Origin: Callorhinchus milii
Lineage: Eukaryota
Assembly (NCBI RefSeq): GCF_018977255.1
Contig: NW_024704754.1
Coordinates: 16,244,001-16,308,000, forward strand
DNA: 64,000 nt
Direction: 5' to 3'
In this document: positions 1 to 11,628 of the stretch, piece after piece
Numbering within the stretch: the stretch's first letter is position 1
Layout: each line of letters starts with the position of its first letter
The notes under the pieces: generated by a model
What the model was told of the DNA's origin: nothing
Databases searched by the model: none
Seen by the model: only the letters and a program-made list of their open reading frames with translations
Program-made: the position numbers and the translations under genes

Positions 1-255
1 GGAGCGCCCGTGCCTATTTTCACTGCTTTTTTTTCTGAAGACAATGGATTTCTGTGCGAATAAAAGCTGCGGATGAAAAGAATAAGTTATGAAGTTCACA
101 CTCTGCGATAACCTGATCCAGCTGCCAACACAGCTGTTGTAAGCGCGAGCTACGTTGAGAAACTGAGATTTTCTCCAAACATGAAACGCGCCCACAGCTG
201 CTACAGCATAACAATGAATAGTACAACATCCCCACGTAGATGTGTATATATAATA

Positions 256-612
256 TATATTTTTTCTTTGGTCAGCCGGGTGCCTGACACACACATGGAA
301 ACCCATCACCGTGCTTAAGGGTACCAACCTGAGATTTCCATGCACCCCACCAACACACGGAAATCCCACAGATAGATTGTTAGAATTGAATGGAATGCCA
401 ACATGGATGTTCCCCCGGAGGGACTCATCCTGCTTACCTGATTTCACATAGTATTAGGTGCAGGTTGGCAAGAGCCAAGGTCTGGGACCCACAGTGTGCA
501 AGTAAGATTCAAGTCAGTGCTGTGAGTGGCGTTGCTAACCAGTCTGCATCCAGACCCTGGTTTTAGCGGTCAATGGCCTTCAGATCATGTGTGACAACAA
601 CAAACCGCATTG
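256..612 (-). mobile_element. Unclassified short interspersed repeat ('family X'), longest copy
   Basis: The minus strand ends GGTGATGGGTTTCCATGTGTGTGTCAGGCACCCGGCTGACC plus an A-rich tail. Related 3' ends occur at ~2280, ~31756, ~44867 and ~56111. Internal blocks CCTTGRCTCTTGCCAACC and TTCCATTC..AACAATCTATCT are shared with the 55825-56148 copy. Confidence 0.7.
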
Positions 613-868
613 ATTATAATAATAATAATCTTTGCACTTGATGTATCGCCTTGTCACATCAAGACTTCTCAAAGTATACACTGTAAAGTCAATTTACTGT
701 ATGTTTTGGGGGCAAAACACTGCAGCCAATTGCGCACAGAAGTGTCCCACAAACAATCGTGACCGCATCATTTTTTTTAGGGGATTATTACTCCTGGAAA
801 GCGATCCGCTAATCGACCAACAACCGGGTTCCTACTTACTGCTGGGTAAGCAGAGGCTTATATGGCAC
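613..868 (-). mobile_element. tRNA-derived SINE with L2-like tail (main family), 5'-truncated
   Basis: (AAT)n tail followed by the family body (GCAGCCAATTGCGCACAG, CAACCGGGTTCCTACTTACTGC). No tRNA head. Confidence 0.9.
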
Positions 869-1264
869 TTTTTATGTCAGAAGGTGTAGACAGTGAAGCT
901 CCTGTTATTCTCTTTCCTAGCTCAACAATAAGCCTTAACCTAAAACTTCAGGAGATTCCTCTGACTGCAGAATTACACTGTTGTTTCCCCACATCACACA
1001 CCCTTACGACCTCCTGCAATAAGATCGGTGATTACATGCTAATTAATACTGAGCTATGAGCATTTCTGCGCTGTTGGCTGATATCCAGACAACTTGGTTT
1101 GAAACTGACCCAAAGACAATGCACTTACAGCCATCAGAGATGAGAGGAGACTTTCAACCCATTACTGTGGGTCAGGAACCAGGAGGAAAAGTGTTAATTT
1201 GACCCCCAGAAATTAGAGTGTTAACCTCGCCAGGCCTCAACGTCCCTTAACAGCTTATTTTTTA

Positions 1265-1392
1265 ACATCAATAACTGATAGCAAAGAGTGAATTCCAGAC
1301 TGTAATCTAATCCCGAGGATCAGATGTCAGTTCTAAACTCCTCAAGCTTCACCCTCAGGGATTATGATGCCATCGATTAGATTATAGCATTG
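1265..1392. repeat. Imperfect palindromic element, possibly an ancient repeat remnant
   Basis: CTGTAATCTAATC (1300-1312) is inverted against GATTAGATTATAG (1375-1387). Confidence 0.45.
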
Positions 1393-1507
1393 TGACCGAC
1401 TCCCCAGTTAACCAACATTCTCAGCAAAATTGTATTGTGATATGTTAGAGGAGCCGTCATCAATTGTATCCCATGCCCCGCACTCACCAGTTGTATCTCT
1501 GAAATGT

Positions 1508-1863
1508 GGAGACCTGTAGTTCAGTGGTTAGAGCGCTCGCCAAGCGAGAGGACCTGGGCAGAGCGAAATGTTGGGCAAGTTTCCTTACGCCACACGCCTC
1601 TGTTTACCTACAGTAAGTAGTAACCCGGTTGGTTCGTCGATTGGTGGATCGCTTTTCCGGGGGGGAATAATTCCTTCAAAAAATAATAGTAATTTGGTCA
1701 CTTAACCTACGACTGTTTGTGGGACACTGCTGTGCGCAACTGGCTGCCGCATTTCGCCCACAAAACTATCCAGTCGATTACAGTATATCCTGTGAAGCGC
1801 TTTGAGACGTCTCGACGACGCGATAAGGCGCTATATCAAATGCAACGATTATTATTATTATAA
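1508..1863 (+). mobile_element. Main-family SINE, near full length, B-box segment deleted
   Basis: tRNA-like head GACCTGTAGTTCAGTGGTTAGAGCG, full body and (TTA)n tail. The GGTTCGATTCCC segment seen in other copies is missing. Confidence 0.92.
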
Positions 1864-1958
1864 TTAAAATAGCGCCTTGTCTGACCAGCAACAAGTTATG
1901 AAGTACCTCTTAAGAGCACAGCAGATTGACAATATAATAGTCCTTGTGTTCGGATATA

Positions 1959-2126
1959 CAGTAAACTTCTGATAACTTGACCCTGTCTTAACCTGTCACT
2001 ACCACTTAAGTCATCACACTGTCAATAACCTGGATGTACTCATTTATATATTTATACATATACCTAACTCGTGCTCCGGATAAATTGTCCCTGATCCCCT
2101 TCTCCCGTTGAGTGACGGGTTTACTG
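1959..2126. mobile_element. MITE (Tc1/mariner-pogo/Tigger-like), copy 1
   Basis: Begins TA|CAGTAAAC and ends GTTTACTG|TG. It aligns at both ends, in reverse orientation, with 12902-13068. Confidence 0.7.
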
Positions 2127-2254
2127 TGGCACCTTATCACGTCTTCAATTTTTCGAGGGGTCAGCCTGGTGTCAGCCGACACATGCAGTTGCCCACTCAC
2201 TGCGCTTAAATCTGAAGCAAACAGACTTCTTCCACCTGTGGTTTGATTCGAACT

Positions 2255-2335
2255 TTGCTTGCTTCGGATAGCCTGAAGCGTGGTGATGGGTTTCCGCATG
2301 TGTCAGATATGTGACAGACATCCACCTGACCCACC
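2255..2335 (+). mobile_element. Family X 3' fragment
   Basis: GCGTGGTGATGGGTTTCCGCATGTGTCAGA...CCTGACC. Confidence 0.6.
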
Positions 2336-3049
2336 CAAGAAATTACAATGCCACAACCTGATCTATGGCATCATCATTTTTAATGTCAACCTGAGATGGA
2401 AAGTTCACTTAATGTCCCATTCAAGGATCGGTAGCTTCAAACATTGCAGTGTGGTCCCCAGCAATGAGACTGAGCCATCATATTAATAATAATAATAATA
2501 ATCCTTGCATTTGATATAGCGCTTTTCACGTCGGGAGGACGTCCCAAAGCGCTTGTATGTATCTATCTATACATATTGCATAAACAGCCTGATTCGGAGT
2601 GTGTTAGATTGCAATTCATCTCCAGTTCCTCTTAGGATCCCAAATAACAATTGATCCCTGCAGCTGAAGCTTTGCAAGATGCCATTGTTGAGTCTGTCCT
2701 TTACGAGAGACAGTACACACTCCAATTGTATTGCTCCCTGACAACGGGTTGCGGATTATCACAGACAGAACATACACCAATGACATAATCCTCTTAACAT
2801 GTACATCACAGGACTACTCACCTGAAGCAAGCTGGCTTTCAGTTAACAAAAAAAATCTATCTGCCCAAAATGCCTTCTCCAAGAATGTAAAGAATAATAA
2901 TCCTTGCATTTATACAGCGCCTTATCACGTCTTCTAGACGTCTCAAAGCACTCCACAGAATATACTGTAAAGTGATTTGATTGTATATTATGTGGGTGAA
3001 ATAAGTGCAGGACAGAGGCTGTGAGAGTAATAATAATAATAATAATATT

Positions 3050-3360
3050 AAGCCTTTATCATGTCCCCACCCCCAGCCTCACCATCGGCAGAGAAGCTTT
3101 CAACCACTTTGGTTCCACCTTCTGAAATTCTCTTCCCAAATCCCTCCTCTTTGCACCCACCTATCCTCCCCCTCGTTCTCAGCTTTCAAAACCAACTGAC
3201 GACCGTTTATTTTGAATGCATTTTGGTCCACCTCCCCATCCCAAGTCCCTGTCCTGGCATTACCCCTCTTGTCTCCCTCCCATCTGTCTCGGACTCAAAT
3301 TCAGTCTTTGTGAATTTTATTGTGATGTCCTTCGAGACATCCTCTCAATGAGAAAGAGCA
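3050..3360 (+). mobile_element. Decayed L2 LINE 3' end
   Basis: C-rich 3' ORF2/UTR sequence similar to 32395-32738, followed by a degenerate L2 tail. Confidence 0.5.
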
Positions 3361-3365
3361 AATTA

Positions 3366-3718
3366 TAATAATAATAATAATCCTTGCATTTGTTAGAGTG
3401 CCTTATCATGTCTTTGAGGTGTCTCAAAGCGCTTCACAGTGTCTAATGTAAAGTGAATTGACGGTGTATTTTGTTGGCAAACCGAGGCAGCCAATTACCC
3501 ACAACAGTGTCCCACAAACTGCCGTGGATTGAGTGACCAAATTATTATTCATTTTAACAAATTTAAATGATTATTACCAATCGACTAAGAACCAGGTTCC
3601 TTCTTACTGCTAGATAAACAGAGGCGTGTGGGGTAAGGAAACTTGCCCAAAGTTTTGCCCTGCCCGGGCAATCGAACTCAGGTCCTCTCACTTGCAAGGC
3701 GAGTGGTCTAACCACCAT
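3366..3718 (-). mobile_element. Main-family SINE, near full length
   Basis: (AAT)n tail, body and reverse-complement tRNA head (ATCGAACTCAGGTCCTCTCACTTGCAAGGCGAGTGGTCTAACCA). Confidence 0.9.
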
Positions 3719-4099
3719 CTGGAAAGCAACCAAGTTCTCCCACAGATTTCATTTGAATTTCAAACTACTTTCTCAAATGGCTCCATTTGCCAGCGTATAA
3801 AACAAATAGGCAGTCAGGTTGGACCCCACAAATCATTGCGGAAGTATAGCTGGGCACAATGAACTCCCACATTAATGTATTTCAAATTCATGACCTGTGA
3901 CTTTCAAGCATTTTCTCCTGAATGTATTCACCATTTGTCAATTTCCGTGGCTTCTATCCCAAGGCACCAAACGGAAAGCGAGCTCTTTAACTGATTGTTT
4001 AATGACGAAATCGCACAACACATACAGAAACAGGCAGGTATCTTAGGCTACGCTGGCTGGACTCCGAGACACAGTGACCACATCAATCATCTTCAACTC

Positions 4100-4360
4100 A
4101 GAACGGGTAAACTAACACTTGGAACAGTAAACCCGAAACAGTACTTTAGGATGCACCAAGACAGAAGGACAAACAGACACAGGTTTCGAGTTGCGAAGGG
4201 GTAATTTTAGGTCAGACACCAGGAAATGTTTCTTTACCCAATGGGTAAATAACGACTGGAAGAGGTTGACAGAGAGGGTGGTCGAGGCCAGGACACTGGG
4301 ACTCATTTAAAAATCTGATGCTTTGATGGGGGGATAGTAGGGTGTGTGTTCTGGAGGGAT
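4100..4360 (+). mobile_element. Decayed CR1 LINE 3' fragment
   Basis: TTTAGGTCAGACACCAGGAAATGTTTCTTTACCCAATGGGT...GTGGTCGAGGCCAGGACACTGG, typical of the CR1 ORF2 C-terminus (FFTQRV-like). Similar to 51510-51860. Confidence 0.65.
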
Positions 4361-5394
4361 GAAATCCCACAAATTATCCAGACCTTAGAATTTGTAGCTT
4401 GATTTGAGCTTAAGTGTTCCGAGATGTTTTTTCATGCAAGGAAGACATCTCAAAGCTCTCAACCTGTAACTTGGCACCTGCCCGCCCTTGAAGAGGCTTC
4501 ACGTGTGGGGCAAACTAATGGTGGCAATAAAGCGGTTCTTCCTCTGTCCGGCACCGGCAAAGAGAGCTGCGGTTTGAATGGCAAACGCCAGACTAATGTC
4601 CTGCTCATTTACAAACAGCATCAAGTGCCCGCTTGCTCACCGTTCCATCTGTGTCACCATCGGATACATCAATATCCTTTTTTTTTTCCGAGACAACATT
4701 CGGCAGAGAAAAAACTGGAACTGGGTAACCTTGAAGAAAAAAAGTATTTTGGTGGGGGTGGGGGGGGAGGAAAACATAAACCGGGGGAAAGAGGTGAGAA
4801 CGGCCTCAGTGTTTACTGTTCAAGTAAATTCTAATAAAGCTGAACTCCTTCGATAGAAGGTTACAAAGGCCTTAATTATTAGAGGTTAGTGATAGCTGCA
4901 CATCAGACAATTCAGTTTGGCAAACCTATTTAAGCAGCAGTGTCATCTTTACAGTTCAGAGTACTGGTAGGGGAGCTGAATTCTAAAAGGATCTCATTTA
5001 TACATTGACCCCAGTGTCTTCCTTTCATGTACACATTGAAATTGCTTCTCAGTAAATCCGCCAACGGCTTACTGGGTCACTCTGGAGGTCACGGAAGCAG
5101 TAATGTGTGAATACTTCAAATGCAATTGTAATATTTAAGAGACAGAAACATCACATGCGTTCAACTTTTTTCCCCCCTTGTTTTGGATTTTTTAAAAAAT
5201 CAGTATTTACCCTTCAAGATTGGATGAGGCACGAATTTCTGCCACGTGTGTTAAGCATTACAGAGGAGGAGGGGTGTTGGTTAAGAATCTACCTCCATAG
5301 CCTCAATATAGACATTTACTTATTCGGTAAGTTCAATGTGTCCTCCCTCCACCCTCTCCTCCCCCCCAGCACCAATACCGCCTCATTATACAAA

Positions 5395-5580
5395 GTGTGA
5401 ATGAGACGTTAAACCAAGGTCCCGTCTGCTTTCTGGCGGAAGTTAAAGATTCCGCGGAGCTATCGGTAAAAGAAGGGAGTTTCTCCCGGCCAATAATCAC
5501 CCAAATAATATTGGTCGTTCACGTCATAGCTGTTTGCGGGACATTACAGTGCACAAATTGGATGTCGCGTTCACTTACAA
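5395..5580 (+). mobile_element. Deu-domain SINE remnant
   Basis: GAATGAGACGTTAAACCAAGGTCCCGTCTGC...GTTAAAGATTCC matches the Deu-domain core seen at 17880-17970. Confidence 0.65.
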
Positions 5581-5870
5581 AACAACAGCAACAACAACAA
5601 ACTGCATTTGTAAAGCACCTTTCGCTTTGGGAGGACAGTCAAGGGCATGGGGTTGGTTCGAGAGGGATGGAGGCCAAAGGGCGGGTGAGAGTTGGAATGA
5701 CTGAAGGCGCGGTCAAAGAGAGACGGACCTTGAAGGAGGCGAGGGAAGGGGCGAGTTGAAGGGACTCTGGTAAGACGTTTCAGAGTGTTAGCAGAACGAC
5801 CGAAGGCCTGACATGCCAATGGTGGGGGCTGGAAGGGCGGGCAGGGTGGGGATGTGAAGTAGACCAGTGC
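5581..5870 (-). mobile_element. L2 LINE 3' end
   Basis: (CAA)n tail followed by the reverse complement of the L2 end (GGTCAAAGAGAGACGGACCTTGAAGGAGGC). Confidence 0.65.
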
Positions 5871-6347
5871 CACATATCCTGCGAAGTGCTTTGAAAGACC
5901 CTCCTGATTTTAAATAGAGAGCCGACACTCTTGTTCAGGTCTCCGAATGGTCAGTCAGGTGTCCGAGGAGGAATGGCGCCAGATGAGACTTTTTTTCTGA
6001 ACGGGGCAGGGGGAGAAAGAGATGAAGTGGTCTTGAAAAGAAGGGAGACAATAAGAAACAAGAAATATAAACCGCACAGGAGCAGCCGACTGCACAGAAA
6101 AAAAAAAAAACCCTCTCTCATGCTTTTATCTTGTCATCGAGTCGGATGCATTAAAATGACATCTTAATAAAATAAACATTAGCATGATCTCGCTTAGCTA
6201 AAGGTCTGATAGCAGATGGTGGCTTTCGGATCCTTGCGCTAGGAACGGCAATTTCTCAGCTCTGGCCATAGTCAGTCTGCTTCAAGTTAAGGACACACCA
6301 GCGACAGCCTCCAGCACAAGTAGATTCATTCACAATCATCATCGTCA

Positions 6348-6600
6348 TAATAATAACAATCCTTGCGTTTGACATTGCGCCTTATCACACGGTCGCGACG
6401 TCTCAAAGCGCTTCGCAGGCTGCACTGTGAAGCGGATTGACTGTATTATTGCGGGCGAAACACGGCAGCCAATTGCGCACAGCGGTGTCCCACAAACAGC
6501 CGTGGATGAAGAGACCATTTTTATTTGGGGGAATCGTCGGCCAGGACACCGGGAGAGAGAAACTCAACTTCTCTTCTCGAATAGCGTCCACCTCAAGAGG
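6348..6600 (-). mobile_element. SINE 3' half with Deu-like segment
   Basis: Main-family tail and body joined to GGCCAGGACACCGGGAGA...CGAATAGCG. Confidence 0.75.
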
Positions 6601-6649
6601 CAGAAAAAAAAAGAATATTTTTGTTGACGGAGGCCCTTTGGATCATCTG

Positions 6650-6860
6650 ATCTCATCCCTCCAACTGTCCTCCCATTAACCTGCTTTTTTGAACGAGTCC
6701 TGTCTCCTGGCCCCAATCATCCTTACTAGCAACCGGTTGCAGGCATTAATTACTCTTTGGGTAAAGAACAACTTGCTGGTATCCGTTCCCGAAATTGACC
6801 TTTGCAAAGGCGAAACTTGCTCTTGTTGCATCCTAAAGTATTGTTCAGTGAATCCCATCG
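6650..6860 (-). mobile_element. CR1 LINE ORF2 3' fragment
   Basis: The minus frame reads FFTQRVINACNRL...DSFKK, a canonical CR1 C-terminus. Confidence 0.75.
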
Positions 6861-8663
6861 ATACACCTCTTGGAAAGTAAAAGTATTGAGAGATATGAAA
6901 ATAAAAGGCAGGCAAATGGGAATGAACAGATTACGAAATGCCATGCATGAACAAACACAATAGAGGAGTAAACTCAACGGGTCAAATTCCTACGATCACA
7001 AAGCTGCCGGTTCTGCCATTCTCTTAAAGTGTGTGTCCGTGTCCAGAGATCTGCATCAGTGGATTATAGTTTTAAAACCAATGAATACCAAATAGGTGTA
7101 CAAGTACACCCTGGCTCTTACTTTAATGTATGTGAACATTTTGACAAATGCAGCGTGAAAGGAAAAAAAATATTTCCATTGTCCTTGAATCAGAGCAATG
7201 TCCTCTGCGCTTTGAGAGTGTTAATGTTTTGCTTCACCTTGTTTCCGTCTCCCTCGGGCACGAACAACTTTTGGCTTTGCCAGTGCTGCTCTGAAACTGG
7301 CCATTTCGCCCTGGTGTCCTGGCCTGCTATCCTCCAAGGCAAAATCGATCGTTCGCAGCTGTTTGTGGGACATTTGCTGTGTGTGAAGCGCGCGCTTTGT
7401 TCACCTACGAAATATACAGCCACTGCACTTGAGAGTAAGCCCTGCGAAGCGCTTTGAGTCGTTCTCACGACGTGAAAGTCGCCAGGTCAAACCCATTATT
7501 ATTATTATTCCACCGAAGTTATCAAGAAGGAAAGAGTAACTGGTCTGCAAAGATCTAAATGGAGGGTCGAGCCATGACCTTTTCTAGTCCCACAGCGTAA
7601 TGAGTATCGAACGACGAGCTCAGTCACGTGCGCTCACACACAAATACACACAAAATGCGTTTACCCCACAAAAACCCATCCGAATTCCCACCTCACTTTT
7701 CTCAGCATAAACCCACACCTCACAGCGCTAGTTCGTGGTATTTTAAAGATCACTGAGCTGCAGAGAAAAGGCCAAATCTGATTCCATCGGAGAAAAGATT
7801 AACGTTTTAAAATAATGCAGCGGGTCGATAAGACGGATGAAGCTTCCTGCACAGCCACGATAATGGAACCTTGGGACAGGATTACAAGCTGAAGAAACTA
7901 TAACGCAAGCGAAGGGAGGAACCACATCACCCTAGTCAACCGCTATATCTTCCCCAACTCAGAGGGCTGAGCCCCCAAAAAAAAGGTAGCGGCTTGAATT
8001 TCAATATGACGGTGAGGGATTATTCCCGCTGGCAGGTAAATCAGGAACGAGGGGGCATACACTCAAGATTAGCACTGGAAAAATTGAGGAAGGTAAGAAG
8101 GAATGCTTTCTCACTCACAGGTTATTAATAATAATATTCCTTGCATTGGGCTTAGCACCTTTCACGTCAAGATTGTATCCAAAGTGCTTGAGAGGATTTA
8201 CTATTGTGTATTTGCAGATGAATGTAGCGGCCAATTTGCACACTGCGATTAATAGAACATGGATTGCTCTTCTTCGCTCTCAGAGGCTAATCGACCTAAT
8301 CGTTTCCGATGTTTGCTCTGAAAACTCTTGATTCACAGACTTTCGGAGCGGAGAAGAAGGCCGTTCAGCCCATCGCGTCTGTGCCCGCACCCACCTCTCA
8401 CTTCCCAGTCAACAATCAGTCCCGCTCCCTGTCGATTTCCTTTCCGAATCACCGTATAAATAACTATTCTTGTTGGAGTTTGTGTGCTTTTGCTTACGTG
8501 GTGCCAACTCTCACCTTCTGGCAACACTACACTGTCACTGTCGTTACATTGTGGAAGCCACGGAGAGTAGAATAGTCTCATTTACAAATCAATCGGAGGG
8601 TCAGGAATTACTAGCGGCTTCCCAGCTCCTTTTCATTCCAAGTTTAAAAAGATAATTCGGTCA

Positions 8664-8790
8664 TTGCTGCGCGCAATTTGGCTGCTGCGTTTGGCCCACA
8701 AAACATGGAGTCAGTTCGTTTTAAAGTATGTTCCGCGAAGCGCTTTGAGATGCGGTCGAAGATGTGATCGAATGCAAGGCTTATTATTAT
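8664..8790 (+). mobile_element. Main-family SINE 3' fragment
   Basis: Body and tail ending TTATTATTAT, abutting the opposite-strand copy. Confidence 0.75.
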
Positions 8791-9110
8791 TAATAATAAT
8801 AATAATCCTTGCATTTGATATAGCGCTTTTCACGTCGGGAGGATGTCCCAAAGCGCTTCACAGAACACACTGTAAAGTGAATTGACTGTATATTTGTGGG
8901 TGAACGCGGCAGCCAATTGCGCACAGCAATGTCCCACAAACAGTCGTAGATTGAAAATGACCAATTTATTATTGTTTTTGGTTTTGGAGGGATTATTATT
9001 AGGCTCTGTGTGGAGTAAGGAAACTTGCCCAAGGTTTCGCCCTCTGCCTGGAATTGAACTCAGGTCTCTCACTTGCAAAGCGAGTGCTCTAACCACTGAG
9101 CTACAGGATT
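8791..9110 (-). mobile_element. Young SINE subfamily (central deletion), full length
   Basis: Intact A box TAGCTCAGTGG and B box GTTCAATTC on the minus strand. Nearly identical to 39771-40044. Confidence 0.93.
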
Positions 9111-9229
9111 ATCATCGTTGTGATTGGGGGACAGTCGAAAGTCCACCGGGGACCTGTGTAGTAAACTGAAATGATGTTGCGCCATTTCATCTCCATTTGA
9201 GGCAACGTGGATATTAGATGAGGTTCACT

Positions 9230-9248
9230 GTGGCCCTCTAGTGGTCAG
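9230..9248 (-). promoter_or_regulatory. CTCF-binding motif
   Basis: Minus-strand TGACCACTAGAGGGCCAC closely matches the vertebrate CTCF core consensus (TGGCCACYAGRGGGCGC). Confidence 0.6.
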
Positions 9249-10322
9249 GTCATGATACTGTGCCACAACACCGAAAAAGAGCCACTCGACTTGGGGTTGT
9301 CGTGCGTTTGCAACCAATCTGTGTGTTTGGTAGCTTCCTTTCGGCCTGTTTGCAATCAAGGGTAGAGGTTCGAGATGAATCAGTTCATAGGAATGAGTGC
9401 TCATCGTTACACTTTACACCGAATCCTTCAGTAAATATTATGGAACAACGCAAGTCACCTTCCTTTCCGAATAAACTGAGGAGAGCATTTTTTTTTTTGC
9501 GTTTTCGGGACATGTTTTAGCTATATTTCAGTCGACTCTAAGTGCTCCGTGATCAATAAGCCATTTCATAGAGTAAATAATAATGTCGCGCTCAAAGCGT
9601 CAAGAGATTTCGCTAAGTCTTGTGATAACATTAGTTGGATTACTTTGTTCCAGTTAAGTCCACTGGGGCAGTCACTGATCCAGAAATTGGAGGTGACAAT
9701 AATATAATCTCGAGTACAAAAAAAACACAGTGGCGTTTGCTTCTTCAAAACAAAACACTCGCCTACAAAACACACGGCCACTACAGTAAATCGTATGAAG
9801 CTCGTTGAGGTGTCTTGGAGATGTGAAAAGGCACTATATCAAATGCAAGAATCCTTCTTATTATTTCTTATTATCATTATGTTACACACAAATGAAGAAT
9901 CAAACAACGTTTCTCACATTATCTTTTAAGACAAACCAAAATGGAAGCATCGTTCTCTGCCATTTCAAATGCAACGTTGTGTGCAGTTAAGAACCAATCG
10001 GTGTTGCCACACATTGAGAATGTGCAGACGGAGCAAGTCTCCACGATGATGTCTCTCGACTTTGTACCCGTTTGCTATTGAGTCTTCGCGTTGTGTCCAG
10101 TCTATTCTGCTGCTCTCGCCAAACCAACACAGAGAATTACAGTAGAAATTGAACTGTTCAAACCTTCCGAAATGTGTTCATCTTCAAGCGTAGAAAGGTT
10201 TATTCTTATTCATAGCTATTTGGGTCACCCGTTCTTTAAAACGTAACAGCTTTCTAAATACGTGTGGAGCCCAACATTGAGCAGGTGCATGCCTACATAA
10301 ACATGGTGCATGTCTACCTGGA

Positions 10323-10508
10323 CAACTGAGCCAGGCACCTACCGGTCAACTGAGCCAGGCACCTACCGGTCAACTGAGCCAGGCACCTACCGGTCAACTG
10401 AGCCAGGCACCTACCGGTCAACTGAGCCAGGCACCTACCGGTCAACTGAGCCAGGCACCTACCGGTCAACTGAGCCAGGCACCTACCGGTCAACTGAGCC
10501 AGGCACCT
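10323..10508 (+). repeat. Perfect 24-bp minisatellite, 7.75 copies of CAACTGAGCCAGGCACCTACCGGT
   Basis: Seven identical units plus an 18-nt partial unit, read directly from the sequence. Confidence 0.98.
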
Positions 10509-10639
10509 TTCTATTTGGGGGAAGAGGTTTGGAGCCGGGAGTTCGAGGATACCAATAATGGAAAGAAAAAGTAAAATGATGCTGCGATATTCTTTGAAGG
10601 AGGCGGCTGGCAGAGGGCTTAAAAAAAATGTTACTTATA

Positions 10640-10800
10640 ACAACAATAATATAGCGCCTTATCACGTCTTCGAGACGCTTCAAAGAACATACTGTAAAGT
10701 GAATCGACTGTGTATTTTGTGGGTGAAATCCGGCAGCCAATTGCGCACAGCAGCGTCCCCACAAACAGTCGTGGATTGAGTGACCAAATTATAATTTTTT
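10640..10800 (-). mobile_element. Main-family SINE 3' half
   Basis: ATAGCGCCTTATCACGTCTTCGAGAC...GTGGATTGAGTGACCAAATT. Confidence 0.88.
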
Positions 10801-11175
10801 TTCCTTTACGTATTCAAGAGGAAAGCACATTGGGGTGAGTGGGAGGTGGGGGAAGGGAGCTGAGAGTAAAGCTTTGCTGGCTGTTTGTGGGACTTTGTCA
10901 GTCCAAGCGTTGTCTTTAAAGATAATCCCTGGAGTTGAGCAATTTCTCACCAGGTGCTTCGAGATTTGTCAGCTTGATAAGACGCTATGAAAATGCACGT
11001 TCTTCCTTGTCAATTGTACACATATATCCGAAAGAAAAGAGTATTTAAAGATGAACGGTTCATTAAACTTGCACAAACAAAAACCGAAAGGGAAGCTTAA
11101 AAAAAATTCCTTTTCAATTTTTTTCTATAATTACTATTGAAATCAGGAAAATATTTCTCCCTGTCCCCCCCCCAC

Positions 11176-11178
<3 letters not shown>

Positions 11179-11210
<32 letters not shown>
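11179..11210. repeat. (CT)n microsatellite
   Basis: Seen directly. Confidence 0.95.
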
Positions 11211-11213
<3 letters not shown>

Positions 11214-11628
11214 CCCCTTTTCATCCTCTACCCCCACCCCACCTAGAAGACGTCAAACCATTTCTATTAAATGATCAAAAGCGATGGAACAGACTGCGAA
11301 TTGAATCGCTGACACTCTCCGATACTCAGACCGGCTGCATGAGATCTCTCCGTCATAAGTAGGACGCGAGGAACATTCCTGTACATACTTGGCTGTTCCA
11401 TAATCTGGTCCCCTCCCTCTCCCGCTTCCTCCCTCTCTCCCTTCCCACCCCCGCCCCCCCGCCCCCTGCCAATCCACCCCCCGCAATTTCTATTTTAATA
11501 CACTTTAACTCATAAAATATAGATAAGCACCTAACATCAAGAACACATCAAACAGTCAAGTACCACTTTGTTTAGCTTTGAATTTCCCCTCCCTGAGGAT
11601 ACCATGCATGGCTGATTGAAAAAAAAGG

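Noticed and set aside
1508-1580. tRNA genes (here and at the other SINE heads)
   Set aside because: They are incomplete cloverleafs attached to SINE bodies, so they are SINE heads.
10323-10508. CRISPR-like array
   Set aside because: The repeats are head-to-tail with no spacers, in a eukaryotic context with no cas genes.
10310-10558. ORF with TEPGTYRS repeats
   Set aside because: It is only the readout of the 24-bp minisatellite. There is no synonymous variation between units and no gene context.
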